This document shows, in pieces, positions 41,600-55,209 of a stretch of 64,000 bases of DNA. The position numbers and the translations under genes were made by a program. Source of the stretch: Eledone cirrhosa (lineage: Eukaryota); NCBI GenBank assembly GCA_964016885.1, contig CAXHJY010000462.1:124001-188000 (forward strand), in the 5' to 3' direction. Position 1 is the first letter of the stretch. Each line of letters begins with the position of its first letter. The notes below the pieces were generated by a model. That model made no database searches. It saw only the letters and a program-made list of their open reading frames with translations, and had not been told where the DNA came from.

Positions 41600-41640
41600 C
41601 TTTCTTCTGATGAAGGACTAGCGTCTGAAACGTTATGACC
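41600..41640 (+). ncRNA. Minimal hammerhead ribozyme motif
   Basis: CTGATGA-AGGAC-TAGC-GTCT-GAAA-CGTTA with palindromic AACGTT; weak stem I. Confidence 0.6.
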
Positions 41641-41895
41641 TTCTTCCTGCTCTTTCAAGCGTCAACCTAATATATCCCTTCCATATGCAGTACCGATTGT
41701 GTTATTATTTCTGTTTACCTTTTACATACATACATACATACATATGCAGTATCCCTCTAACAAATTCCATTCATAAGTTATTGGTCGACCTGAGGCTATA
41801 GCAGAGGATCCATGCTGAAGTTAGCGCGGGTGTTCACTGTACCCATGACTGCTATATATGTCTGTATGACATTTTAATTTTTTTTTTTATTTCAG

Positions 41896-41937
41896 TAATG
41901 CAGTATGCACACTTCATGAAAACGACTGTTTTCCTAC
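41896..41937 (+). CDS. Candidate 42-bp micro-exon
   Basis: Strong poly-T..ATTTCAG| acceptor and |GTAAGA donor; phase-2 reading NAVCTLHENDCFP. Confidence 0.35.
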
Positions 41938-41959
41938 GTAAGACGAATGACTGAATTGG

Positions 41960-42255
41960 GAGGAAGTTCGCTCAGCACTGATTAAGTATAGGATTCAAAC
42001 CCTCGGCATGGCTACTTGGACAAGTGCCTTGTGAGTTAAATTAGTTTAATGGAAATTTTGCGGATGCTCGTCTGACGGACTGTAACTGTAATTCAAAGAG
42101 ACAGAATGTCACAAAATATGGCCTGTTAAATTCCTCTGATAACAATGTTATCGTTACCCGTGTGTGGGGAATGTGTAGTCATGTCACATTAATTTCTTGA
42201 GTAGGTTGCTTCATTGATCAAACAACCGGAACGCTCATCGTCGAAACCGACATAT
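41960..42255 (+). mobile_element. Old SINE, family B
   Basis: GGACTGTAACTGTAATTCAAAG..CACATTAATTTC..CTCATCGTCGAAACCGAC. Confidence 0.6.
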
Positions 42256-43239
42256 TTTCATTTCTGTTAAAATATGTAAGAATATAAGACTGTGTTTGTG
42301 TGCAATAACTTTGTCGTTCAACGCCACACCCACTCGCTAATATCATCTTTATGTAATTATCATGTGTAAGATGGTTCGAGATAATGTAAATATATGGCAC
42401 TTTTTTATAAATCTGATTTTTGCTGCTGCATATAGCAGATAACACGTAGTTTATATATTGATTTCTTACACAGAGATCAAAGACATGTCAAACAATGTTT
42501 CATCTAAAGTTTTGTAGTCTGTGTACGTAAAATTGGTATGTTAAGCAAAAGTTTTCCTTTGATAAATATGTGCCCAGAGAATGAATACGTGCAATTATTA
42601 ATAATTAATTACTACATTATTCTAAGCAATAAAACCTTTGTCTACACACTAGATTACTGTGATAACATTAATTTTCTTTTTATACTATGGCTACAGAGCA
42701 TGTGCTCAGACTAGGATGGGTTGAAGCAGCTCCAGTAATTGCACTCGCATCATCGTCAATAGAGGTCACCAGCCATGCTCAACAGACACAGGCGTACGAA
42801 GTTTACACATTATGTTTTGAGCCAGCTCCATTAATTGCACTCAAAGCATCGTTAATATAGGTCAGCACCCATCACGAAAGTCAAAGACAAGACGGAGGGT
42901 TGAACCAGCTCTGCATTCACACAAGATGGGTGGATCCGACTCCAACCAGTGAATCAACAGCATCAGTAACAATGACTAGTCACAATTGTCAGCTAGTCAC
43001 AATTCCCACGGCGGACACTCAAGATATGTTGAGCAAGCTACAGCCACTGAATCCATAGAATATCGAATTGAAGCCGCCCATGCACGGTGATTATAAATGT
43101 CCGATAAAGGTTTTATCTGCCAATCACGATTCCAATATATATATATTAGGTAGTAACATGTGCTTACGCCGTATTGGACTAAATAGAATCAGTCTGTTAG
43201 TTGATATTTTAAAAATCCCTCTGAATGAATAAAACGATG

Positions 43240-45650
43240 TGTATTGACGCACATGAGACACGAACACACATCTTGGGTTTGTCGAACCAATGTGTTATCA
43301 TTAAGCTTGTATGATCAGCAAGCCCTTCAAGGATCTAGTGATATTTGCAGGGTGTGTAAAATAGGTTACTACTCTTGGTAATGCTTTGGTAGAATTTATT
43401 GTAGTAGTAAGCTGAGCTGCTGGAGAAAGTGGGACGGGTGTCAGAGATGGTAAGTGCATCTGAACAGGCAATGGTTAAGAGAACGAAGTAGTGAAGGTTG
43501 GTGTATGAGTGGTTAGTCGATAGGAGTGGGATATGAGGAGTAGGACGGAATGTTTATAGGAATACTAGTAAGACTATATATAGACAGGACTTATAGTTTG
43601 AAGGAGTACTTTATTGAAAAGAATAAAATAAAAAGTGAGTTTTATAGAAGTAAATGAGTAAGTGCTTAAATAAATATTATTTCATTTCTAAGTTTGTAAC
43701 TATTAATGTGTGTGTGCGGTGCGGTAATTAAATATACACATATACTCCAGGTCCGAACTCGAAGGAACGAAACTCCCACTGTCACTGCCTCTCCTACTTA
43801 AAAACACCAAACATAGCACAGAGTATCGTTGCATCTAACAGGACCAAATGCAACCGACACATATCCTGCAGTCAACAAACATCCAACTCGACAATAGAAC
43901 AAAACTGCAATTGCAGCTACCGGGAGGAGTGCACCCAGGAATCCAAAGGGCTGAAACCCAATTTAGTATAGCACGCAGAGAGGATCATACATAGGTATGA
44001 CTCCTAGCAGATTCATCTCCCGATTCACGAGGCACAAATAGTACTTCTACCTAGGGCGAAAACATATCACAAGTCTCGGCAGACCACCTCTGGCAATTAG
44101 GTGAAAACAGAGTATCCTACCAAATACGCATGTCCACCATCATCAGGGTCGTACACTACAAAGGAAGAAGTTTTTGCAATTTGATAAAAAATCTGAACTG
44201 GTCACCAAATATATGCACCGAATACAAAAATCATACATATACCTCAAACTAACACATAATTCTGGAAGCTAATAATACACACCTACCAAACGCCGGAACG
44301 CCGAACTACCCGGCATTTAATCCCAAGCAATGATCTGCACTTCGAATTGGTTCCACCTTACATTCTTGCACAACCACGCACACGTTTCCCGGAAACCACA
44401 TGCAGAGACCCCGGGTCCACACCCCACTCTCCCTCTCCTCAACTATCGAAGTTCGCCTACAATAAGCCATCGACCAACCACTACAACACACCACGTAAGA
44501 TTCCTTTTACATACTAAACTTCCCATGTGTATACGTATAGATAGTTTTATCACCTCCCCTTCGCTGGTTTTGTATCAGTGTATGAATGTAACACGTACAT
44601 ATGTTTGCGCATGTGTATGACACACGTAGGCGTTTGTGTGCACACAATTTTACCACCTCCTCTCCTCATATGGACATGCAGCATGGACTTGTGTGAATGG
44701 TTGTGGGGCTGTGCGTAAATGTGCTTCCATATATATGTGTGTGTGTATATGTGTGTGTGTGTTTGTAAACATGTATGTAAATAATTGTGTACACACACAT
44801 ATGTGAATGTCCTTATATTTGTGTGTGTATGTATGTGTATGTGTGCATACGGGTATATATCTGTACATGTATGAATGTGCTTGTGTGTACATACTTTTTC
44901 TACTCGTCTATCCACCTAGTGTATGTAATTTACATACTTTACCCATACAAGTATTCACCTACTCATTTGTTTTCTCTCTACGTTTTACTTCAACCCATTA
45001 TTTCCATTAGAATTACAATTGCTTTACTTACGCACGCTTTTCTATTTCAAGCTTTATAAAACTCCCCAGTATACATGCCGGCGCTGTAAACATTATCTGT
45101 GCATATATATATAATACACACACTTTAAACTTTTCAATTTTCCTTCAGCTTATTTCATTTTATTTCATCCTATTCACTCATCTACTTATTAATTTATTGA
45201 AGTTATTACTCATCTAATTACTAATTTATTGAAGCATTTACTCATTTACTTCTATAAAACCCACGTTTTATTTTATACCTTTCTTAAAAATACTCCTTCA
45301 AACTCTAACCCTGTATATACATAGTCTTACCTTCATCCCTTCCACCCCCTATTCCTATGACCATCATACTACTTTTTCTCCTACTCCACACCTACCAACT
45401 AAATACACCTAGCCCCACCCACATTAATTCCTTCTCCTGACCTCTTGGATGTCCAAATATACTTGCCATTCTCCGGCCCCTCACTTTCTTCATCAGCCCA
45501 AGTTACTACTACCATAAATTCCACGAAAGCACTAACAAGACTAGTAACATAGTTTTACACACCTTGCAAATACTACTACAACCACGAGGAGGCTTGATGA
45601 ACACACAAGAGGAAACCGCTAGGAGACTCGGTCCCTATTTTATACATCTC
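43240..45650 (+). mobile_element. Old Naiad-type PLE: inverted 3' copy (43310-43690), decayed GIY-YIG (43750-44230), 3' region to ~45650
   Basis: NCNCSYREECTQESKGLKPNLV..YIGMT..RFTRHK..HLWQL..FCNL..KKSELVTK; 43310-43690 is a diverged reverse complement of 45220-45600; decayed hammerhead-like motif at 45593-45633. Confidence 0.75.
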
Positions 45651-45770
45651 TATAACCACTTTGCATCTCCCCATGCATTGAGTACTCCCATGATGAGTGG
45701 TCTCCCCTGTCTCAGCACCTCATATATATATATAAATCTCTCTCTCCCTGCCTCTATCTCTCTCTTCATC

Positions 45771-45836
<66 letters not shown>

Positions 45837-47879
45837 GAGAGAGAGATATATATAAAGTGCGTACACATACGAACACATACATAAGACACAAAAGTGTGTA
45901 TATATGTGTATATGTATGTATGCATGTATGTATGTATTTCTGTGCGCATATACGTTTGAATGTATGTATGCACTCAGCTCATACTTCTGGGATTCATTTA
46001 CTTCATAGTGTAGAATTCGACATAAAATCTAAATTCAACAAAAATGATTTATTTCCTCTACCCACTGAAATAAATATATAATGAGAATAAAATTGCATTG
46101 TACTTTTCTGTTATTTCTGTAGATTTGAGTAAATAACAAAATATTACATATTTTTCTTCATAAACTTAACACTGTTTCTTTCGCATTGTTTCTTTCTTTC
46201 TTTTCATCCATCTTCTTAATTTAAAGGTAGCTTGATTTTTTCCTGGTGGAATGATAATGGCAAAATTAAATTTATATATATTTCTAATCCGACTGAAAAT
46301 CATTTTTTTAACACGAATCGAAAATGTACGATTGTTACCAAAGATTACTAATACATGAAAATATATGTTAAAATTGACTGCTTACAATTTTTTTTACAAT
46401 TTTTTAAAGCATGTATTTCCACTTCACTTTTCTCAAACTGACTAAAATGTAATCTCTTTCTTAGTTTAGCCTGTGAATATTTAATATTAAAGTAGCGTTT
46501 AAAAAATAGAATTTTCATGGGCAGATTGATAATCGAGTACTGTCGAGAATGTATTGGACCTAAGGCTAAAGAAAAAGTATTTCTATATATAGTAGAGTTC
46601 AATGGCTCTTGAACTTCCTCACATTTAACCCACTGATTCTTGCACTTTTGAAGTACGTCTGGGATGTTTCTTCCGGTGTAGCTCTCAGTTACACCTTCGT
46701 AGTTCGTATGATTCCCTCCAAGATCTCAAAGCAGGAGAATTTTAATCATATACTTAATTTGTGAACAACCAGAAGAGAAAAGAATCCATGTATGTCGAGG
46801 AAGGATTTTGGAGAATGAATAAAATGCCTTTCTTTACCAAGAATCGTTGTATCATCTGACGCTGCGTGTTAATTGAGACCCACAGATCTGCTCTGTTTTT
46901 CCGAAATACTCCACGAATTACAGGTACAATGCATTTTTGCCAGCTAATTGGACTCGAGTTCGTGAAGTGAAATAAAGTATCTTTCCCAAGGGCACAACGC
47001 ACGGCAGGAATGCAATCGTAAATGCAACGTCATAGAAGGTCTCGTGAGAATTTTAAAACCTAACAGATCAAAATCCTCTCCATATCTGAACACAGCTCTT
47101 TTTTCCATGACCAGAGAGGACAGAGAGAGTGGGACAGAAAGGGAGGTGAGTGAAAAAGAGAGAGAAAGAGGAATCGCTGCCAGTAATAGGCCGGTATTTA
47201 TTTGAATTTAAATAATATTCGCCTCGACAAGATTTGATGTCCGAGTGAAAAGCATTTCATCCAACTATGTAACAACTCAACACCTAGCAACTAATGCAAT
47301 AATCAACAACGAAACAAGAAAAACATTAAAGAAAACCAATAGGGTGTCCTTTCTGCTATAGCGATCTGAAATCCATCTGTAATCTGTTCAGTGCTGCTAG
47401 CTGATTCCGGGGAAATTCCACGGTTTAATCAGAAACAACCCCCAAGTATTAAAGCTCAATATGACATGTTATATCTTTCAGTTATTAGTTATATATAATA
47501 TATTCTCATGTACTATAATGTTCGAGATTTAAAGAAATAATTTGCACACACACACTGTTGCTACTCCCTTTCCAGAAAGGCTTGTTATATTGTGGAGTTT
47601 ATAGAAATTACATCCACCTCTCTCTCTCTCTACATATCCCTCTATGACACACACAAACACGACGCCGCCACCGCCAGCAAAACAACCACATTTCGAGTCT
47701 GACCAAAGTTTTACATGACATATACAACAGCTTAATATAATAGATGACAAAGTCTCAATACGCACCACATCTTCAAACAAGCAACACCAGTATCATCACA
47801 ATAACAACCACGTTTACCGTCAACACTATCAATAAAATCACCACCATAATTACCACCAGCACCACTATCGCATCACCTC

Positions 47880-48725
47880 AATCAACACCATCAGTACCAT
47901 CCCCCATCAACATCATCACCACTATCATTACTCCCACTATCCCCCCCATCCACAACACCATCAGTACCATCCCCCATCAACATCATCACCACTATCACTA
48001 CTACCACTATCCCCCCCATCCACAACACCATCAGTACCACCCCCAACAACATCATCACCACTATCACTACTACCACTATCCCCCCCATCACAACACCATC
48101 AGTACCATCCCCCATCAACACCATCACCAGTATCACTACTCCCACTACCTCCCCCCATCCACAACACCATCAGTACCACCCCATCAACATCATCACCACT
48201 ATCACTACTACCACTATCCCCCCCCCATCCACAACACCATCAGTACCATCCCCATCAACATCATCACCACTATCACTACTACCACTATCCCCCCCCCCCA
48301 TCCACAACACCATCAGTACCATCCCCCATCAACATCATCACCACTATCACTACTCCCACTATCCCCCCCATCCACAACACCATCAGTACCATCCCCATCA
48401 ACATCATCACCACTATCACTACTACCACTATCCCCCCCCCCATCCACAACACCATCAGTACCACCCCATCAACATCATCACCACTATCACTACTACCACT
48501 ATCCCCCCCCCCATCCACAACACCATCAGTACCACCCCATCAACACCATCACCAGTATCACTACTACCACTATCCCCCCATCCACAACACCATCAGTGCC
48601 ATCCCCATCAACACCATCACCGCTATCACTACTCCCACTATCCCCATCCACAACACCATCAGTGCCATCCCCATCAACACCATCACCGCTATCACTACTC
48701 CCACTATCCCCATCCACAACCCCCA
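47880..48725. repeat. Minisatellite, ~70-bp unit, ~12 copies
   Basis: Unit CACAACACCATCAGTACCATCCCCCATCAACATCATCACCACTATCACTACTACCACTATCCCCCCCATC with variable poly-C. Confidence 0.95.
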
Positions 48726-49283
48726 ACACTACCATTACTAAAACCCAAGAGCACCAACACTGCCCCCTAACACACCCACCCACCCACCACAGCCGCATCT
48801 TATATGTTAACGACTATCATACAAAAATTACAATAACAAAACAACACTACCGCTAATCCCTCTACAACCACCATCACCACACCACCATTACTACACCCCC
48901 AACGCTACCAGCATTACCACCATCCACCACCGCAGCACCGCCACTGCCACTACCACCACCACCTATAGGCTAACGACCATCACTCCAAGCATTAGAATAA
49001 CACAACAACCTGTCACCTCGTTATGCATATAATCCTGTAGGTGAGGAAGGGGAAACAAGATTGGTTGTTATGTTACAGCAACCAGCTGCACCATACAAAC
49101 ATTACACACACAGATGCTCCCACATACACACACACACAAACACATACACATACACGGGAACACATACTGACACAAATAAACACACACAAACAAAACACAT
49201 GCACAAACACACACGCGCGTACACATACAGACACAAACAATCACACACACATACACACATACACACACATTCTCACACACACA

Positions 49284-49336
<53 letters not shown>

Positions 49337-50465
49337 AGACACGCCTGCAGAATCGCATAAAAGAAACACCCCCACCCAATACATACACACGAGATACATG
49401 CATACTAATATATAAAGAACCCAACAAATGCTGAAAAAAACGGTGTCAGGCAGCTAGAATGCGCTGGGTCAGATAACAAGAGGGATCAATGCTCGAGTTG
49501 TATTGCACACACCACTCGGCAGGTGTAGGATAATTGGCAACACACACGTCTTATCGACTTTGTATTGGATTACTACACCTGTCTCTAAATATATTTGGCT
49601 CTCAAGGATCTTGCTTGTATGTGACTCTGTGCGTGCGTATGTTTGGCGTATGAGTTTGTGTGGCTTGTATGTGTATGTGCGTTTTGACAACTGTGTGAAT
49701 ATATGATGTGGTGTGTGTGTGCGTATGTGTGAATGTTAGGGTTGATCACTGTGGGAGAGTGTCAAATATGATTGACTATGTGTAATTTTCTGTATTTGTG
49801 AGGGTTGATGACTGTGTGTATGAGTGTATTTATGTCTGCTTGTGTGTCCTTGTGTGTAATTATAAGGTTTAGAGACTGTAATAGCGTGTGGATCGCGTGT
49901 GTGGAGAGAAAGGAATGTATGTGTGGTGTGTATATGAGAATCAGGAGTGTATGTATGTGTGTATTGATGACTATGTGAAAGTGTGGAGTATGTGTGTGCG
50001 TGTGTGATTCGATGTGTGTGAGTGAGTGAAGTGTTCATATGATGGTTGATGAGTGTGTGAGAATATTGGCGTGTAGTGAATATGAGAGTACGTGGAATGT
50101 GAGGTGGGTGAGTGTGTAGTTCTGTGTATACAAGGGTGTAATGATAACTGTTTGTGTGAGAATGTGGCATGTGTGTATACGTGAGGAGATGACTGTGTGA
50201 GAGTGTGACGTGGTAAGGAGTGTGTGTGTTTGCCTGTTAATAGTGTATGATGAGGTGATTCTATGAGAATGTGACGTGTGTGTCTGACATGTGTGTTTGA
50301 AATATGGGTGTGAAATATGTGTGTGAAATGTGTGTATGAGAATGCGAGGTGTGTGTATGAAGTGTGTGTGTGTGTGTGAGCGTGTGTATATATACATAGA
50401 TAGGTAAATAGACAGAGAAACATAGACAGACATAGAGTCATAGAGACAATCTCGAAGATATAGCT

Positions 50466-50511
50466 ATAGATAGATAGACAGATAGATAGTTAGTTAGGTA
50501 GATAGATAGAC

Positions 50512-50584
<73 letters not shown>
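50466..50584. repeat. (GATA)n microsatellite, preceded by a TG-rich low-complexity tract (49700-50390)
   Basis: Read directly. Confidence 0.95.
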
Positions 50585-51569
50585 CACAAACCAACAGGCA
50601 TGTATATATATACATCATACTTACCTTTTACATATCTATCTATCTGCCTTTCTCAATCTCTCTCTCTCTCTGTTTACACACACACACATACACACACACA
50701 CATATATATATATATATGTAAACAGAGAGAGAGAGAGAGGCAGGTAGATAGATATGTAAAAGGTAAGTATGATGTAGGTAGATAAGTGTAATAGACAGTA
50801 AAGTAAGTTAAGTGATAGATTCAGGAGTAGATAGATTGTGTAAGATGACAACATTGCGTAATACAATTGTAAATTAAATTAAAATAAGTAGATTAAATTA
50901 AGTAAATTGAATTAATTAACAAGTAACATAGCTTCACCTATTTACTTAAATTTACTTCACTATAGTATTGTATAATTCTGTCATATTTCTCTATCTGTCT
51001 TTGAATAGTGATTGCAATTATGGCTGAAAGTATAGCCTAGTGGTTACGGTATTTAACTCAGTTTTGTTCGCTGGTTTTCATGATAGGCAGCTGGCCTCTA
51101 TTATTAAACTACCCAATAAATCTTTGAGACACAACCTCATTTGAAGTAAATTTAAATTACATGTCTGAGCTGTAAATGACATGGCTTATTGTTTAATAAT
51201 TATTTATAGAGTAAGTTAAATAATATGAGCGATGCAAAGAAGAGAGAAATGGGAGAAGAAATAATACGACTTCATACATACACAGCAAAAACATATTAGA
51301 GTTCAGGAACTACTTATTGAGTCGTAGGGGGCGCCGTCCTTACATGACGCCTTTGACATTTTATACCATATGGTGTCAATCCCTCTTAGTCGATTTCATA
51401 CAGAGAAAGTGATGGAAATGTAGAGAAAATACTAAAATATTGGATACACGAAGAATCCTTTATTTATCAACCTCAGCAGAATTAGAAGAAATGTTACCTT
51501 CGCCAAGAATGGCACTTTGATCACAGTAAACCGAAACAAATATAATGTGAATATTCAAGGATGATAGAA

Positions 51570-51760
51570 TGGAATGGACCTGCCTCTGTTTCGACGATGA
51601 GTTTTCCAGTTGATTCGGTCAATGGAACACCCAGCTCCTGAAATTAACGTGTAGTAGACTGAGCATTTCTTGGACATGTATACCCTTAAGGTAATTTTCG
51701 TGAAAGTTCAGCGTGAAAGTAAATGACTAGATTTGCCCCTTTAAATTATATTTACTATCT
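51570..51760 (-). mobile_element. Old SINE, family B
   Basis: Reverse-complement similarity to 42090-42255. Confidence 0.55.
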
Positions 51761-51977
51761 AGGCGAAAGGTGGGTGACGTTTTCTATCTACACAACATAA
51801 TTGACAAGGCATTGGTCAACATGAGGCTATGATAACTGGCAATTGTCCAAGATATCAGGCAGTGGGATGTGGAATCTAATGATTGCAAAGGGAACCTCTT
51901 AAGCATTCTACCATGCTGAGTCTTGAGTGTTACAGAGAATAAGAGAGGGCTATGATATTGACAGAAGAAGAAGAAAG

Positions 51978-52166
51978 TAATTGTTTCTATTGTTGTCACA
52001 TGCCCATCAAATACCCCAGTGCATTACTGGTGCTTTATTTTATCGACCCCATAAGGATGACAGGCAAAGTTAACCTCGGCGGTATTTGAACTAAGAAGAT
52101 CGTAGAGGGCTGTAACTCTATGCTGCAAAGCATGGTGTCTGACGCTCTATTGATACTGCCAATCCA
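51978..52166 (-). mobile_element. SINE family A
   Basis: Near full-length match to the family. Confidence 0.85.
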
Positions 52167-52220
52167 GAGTGAAATAATATGAGTGCACAGATGTGACAGA
52201 ATTGGTGAAAGGGATATAGA

Positions 52221-52322
52221 AAGAAGAAGAAGAAGAAGAAGAAGAAGAAGAAGAAGAAGAAGAAGAAGAAGAAGAAGAAGAAGAAGAAGAAGAAGAAGAA
52301 GAAGAAGAAGAAGAAGAAGAAG
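52221..52322. repeat. (AAG)n microsatellite
   Basis: Read directly. Confidence 0.98.
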
Positions 52323-52725
52323 CAGGAAGAAAGAAAGAAAGAGGGCAAAGAACATAATACCTACAGACAGAATGAAATTATATGAGGGCCCAGGTGTGAT
52401 AGAGTTGAGGAGGATGGATATAGAAATGAGAGAAGAAAAGAAATACTTCACGGAGAGTAAAAGAATTCCAACAAGCAGCACATTACCTGACAACGTTTAA
52501 CCGAATTTTTATATATTTTTTCACATATATATGTGCGTATGTTTTTATTTTTACCATTAGCCTAGCTGCTATTGATCCATCGTTCACTCTTTTCGACTAG
52601 GTTATTGATTATCATCAATCGATCTTACTGTCTACTACAATTTTTCCACCGAGCTATCTATCAGTATTTTTAACAATCTACCAATCTGTACACCTTATTC
52701 CTCTCTAACCGTTTCTCTCTTTATT

Positions 52726-52801
<76 letters not shown>

Positions 52802-52950
52802 ATCTTTCTTTCTCACACTCTCTCTTATACATAAATATATGTGTGTGTATATATTTACATGTATATGTGTGTGTATATATATATATGTATATGTATATAT
52901 ATATACATATATATATATATAAATATATATATATATTTATATATACATAT

Positions 52951-52985
<35 letters not shown>

Positions 52986-52994
52986 AATATATAC

Positions 52995-53046
<52 letters not shown>

Positions 53047-53245
53047 ATATATATATACACACATAAATATATACAAATACATACATGCGCACATACTTAC
53101 ACACAAACAAACATATATGTGTGTGTCTTTTTACCCGACTCCCTATGCTATTTTCTCAAAATCTTTCTCTCGTTTATCCCTTCAACCCTGCCCTCCATTA
53201 CTTGCGTTTTCTCCTCTCATTCACTATTTCATTACTTATTTCGTT

Positions 53246-53432
53246 AGATTGGCAGTATCGGTAGAGGGTTCGGCGCCATGCTTTGCAGCATGGAGTTACG
53301 GGCCTTTACGATCTAAGTTCAAATCCCGCCGAGGTTAAATTTGCCTTTCATCCTTACGGGGTCGATAAAATAAAGAACCAGTAATGCACTGGGATAATTG
53401 CCGGCCTTGTGCCAAAAGTAGAAACAATTATT
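53246..53432 (+). mobile_element. SINE family A
   Basis: GATTGGCAGTATCGG..GTTCAAATCCC..AGAAACAATTATT. Confidence 0.9.
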
Positions 53433-53539
53433 TATTTAACTGCTACTACTACTACTACTACTACTACTGCTGCTGCTACTACTGCTACCACTACTGCTTT
53501 TATTACTACTGCTGCTACTACTGCTACTACTACTACTAA

Positions 53540-53729
53540 TAATAATAATAATTGTTTCTAATTTTGGCACAAGGCCAGCAATAAACCAGTACATTACTGG
53601 TACTTTATTTTATCGACCCTGTAAGGATGAAAGGCAAAGTCAACCTCGGCGGGATTTGAACTCAGATCGTAAAGGGACGTAACTATGTTGGAAAGCATGG
53701 CTTCCGACCCTCTACCGATACTGCCAATC
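53540..53729 (-). mobile_element. SINE family A embedded in (AAT)n
   Basis: Near-identical to 19085-19278; (AAT)n on both sides. Confidence 0.9.
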
Positions 53730-53771
53730 AATAATAATAATGATAATCATAATAATAATAATAATAATAAT

Positions 53772-55209
53772 GATTTCTTTATTAACCACAAGGGTTTACA
53801 TAAAGTAGACATTAAGGACAGTGCAGGACAATACAGGACGGTACAAATGGGCATTTCTGCGTGTAAAAAACAAAAACAGAGGATGTAACAAAAAAAATAA
53901 CAATGAAAAATTCCCCAATAGCGGGGAGACTTCGGAGGGACATTTGTGGAGAAAGCCAATTAAAAGGCCACAGTGACCCTGACCACCAAGGCAAGTGACT
54001 TCTCCCAGTTTTCCACCTTTAATTTACAGACACATACTCAGAGTAGACCCATTCACTCGGGCCATTCTTGCTTCTCTCACCCATCTTTCAACAAAATGAT
54101 GGGAAGAGAGCACTTCCCTCTCTACTCTGATTTTCCTTTTAAAATGAAATTTGAAAAAGTCAATCAGGGCATCACCGAAGAGGTAAGTGCTCGTCTTCAG
54201 CCATTTCAAACGTGTCCACCATACTATCTCTTTCGCCATGGCCACCAGACAGATAAAAACTGCCTGCCCTTCGCGGCTAAAGGAAGAGGGCGGGGCAGTC
54301 CTCACGATGGACTCAGCTGATAGCCGGATCCGTCCTACACCCGACAGAAGGTGTTCGACATAAACCCACAAGTCAGCGATGCTCGGACACTGGACGAGTG
54401 CATGCAGGACGGTTTCGTCGCCCTGCGCGCATCTCGGACATCCCGAACTGGCAAAGCTCCTCGGTAGCACTGCCATCCCAGGGATTTCTGGAAATTGTCC
54501 ATAGGCCCCGGCCCGAAAGTTCTTCGGAAGTGATTGGCTAGTTGATTTTCGTCGACACCTAGAGTTTCCCCAAGTACGTCGTTTCTCTTCCCCTCCACTA
54601 ATCCTCTATAGAACGCAAAGGTGGAGTTTTCACGATCAGATTGCCCGACTGGTCGAGGACCGTGAGCGCCTGAAGACATTCCAGTCTCCAAGTGCTCCCT
54701 CTCGGTCTTCGCTTGAGCCAGGACTGCAGCTCCGTCAAAGAGACGAGCTGGGGAAAGACGCATCTAGCAAACGGCGACCAAACCTGATCACCGTCGAGGA
54801 AGAGGTGGAGATGTCGTAGCCTGAGCGCGTGTCTGCGCATCATCACCCACGGCATGCCCAGCCCTCCACGTAGCGGGTGTTGACAGCAGATGGACCGCCT
54901 GACCATCGGAGCGCGTCCCTTCCACAAAAAGCGAAAGAGCAAACGCTCCAGTGCAGTCATGCGAGGCTTAGGACAAGGCACGACGGTCAGGCGGTAGTAG
55001 ATGACGGACGCGATATACGCATTCGCCACCTCCGCTCGACCTTTCAGGGATAGCTTCCTCTCTGCCCATTTCTGGGTGAGAGAAGCCACCCTGCTCGTCC
55101 GTAATCCCGTCACAGTTTTTGTCCGTCTGGAGGTCCGGACCGAACGAGACACCTAGCAATTTAACCGGTCCGTCCGTCTAGTGCCCGACGACGCTGTTGG
55201 ACGGCATGG
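53772..55209 (-). mobile_element. L1/Tx1-type LINE 3' part (post-RT region, zinc finger, 3'UTR, (ATT)n end)
   Basis: WAERKLSLKGRAEVAN, RFLWKG, PLRGGLGMP, CPRCAQGDETVLHALVQC. Confidence 0.9.
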
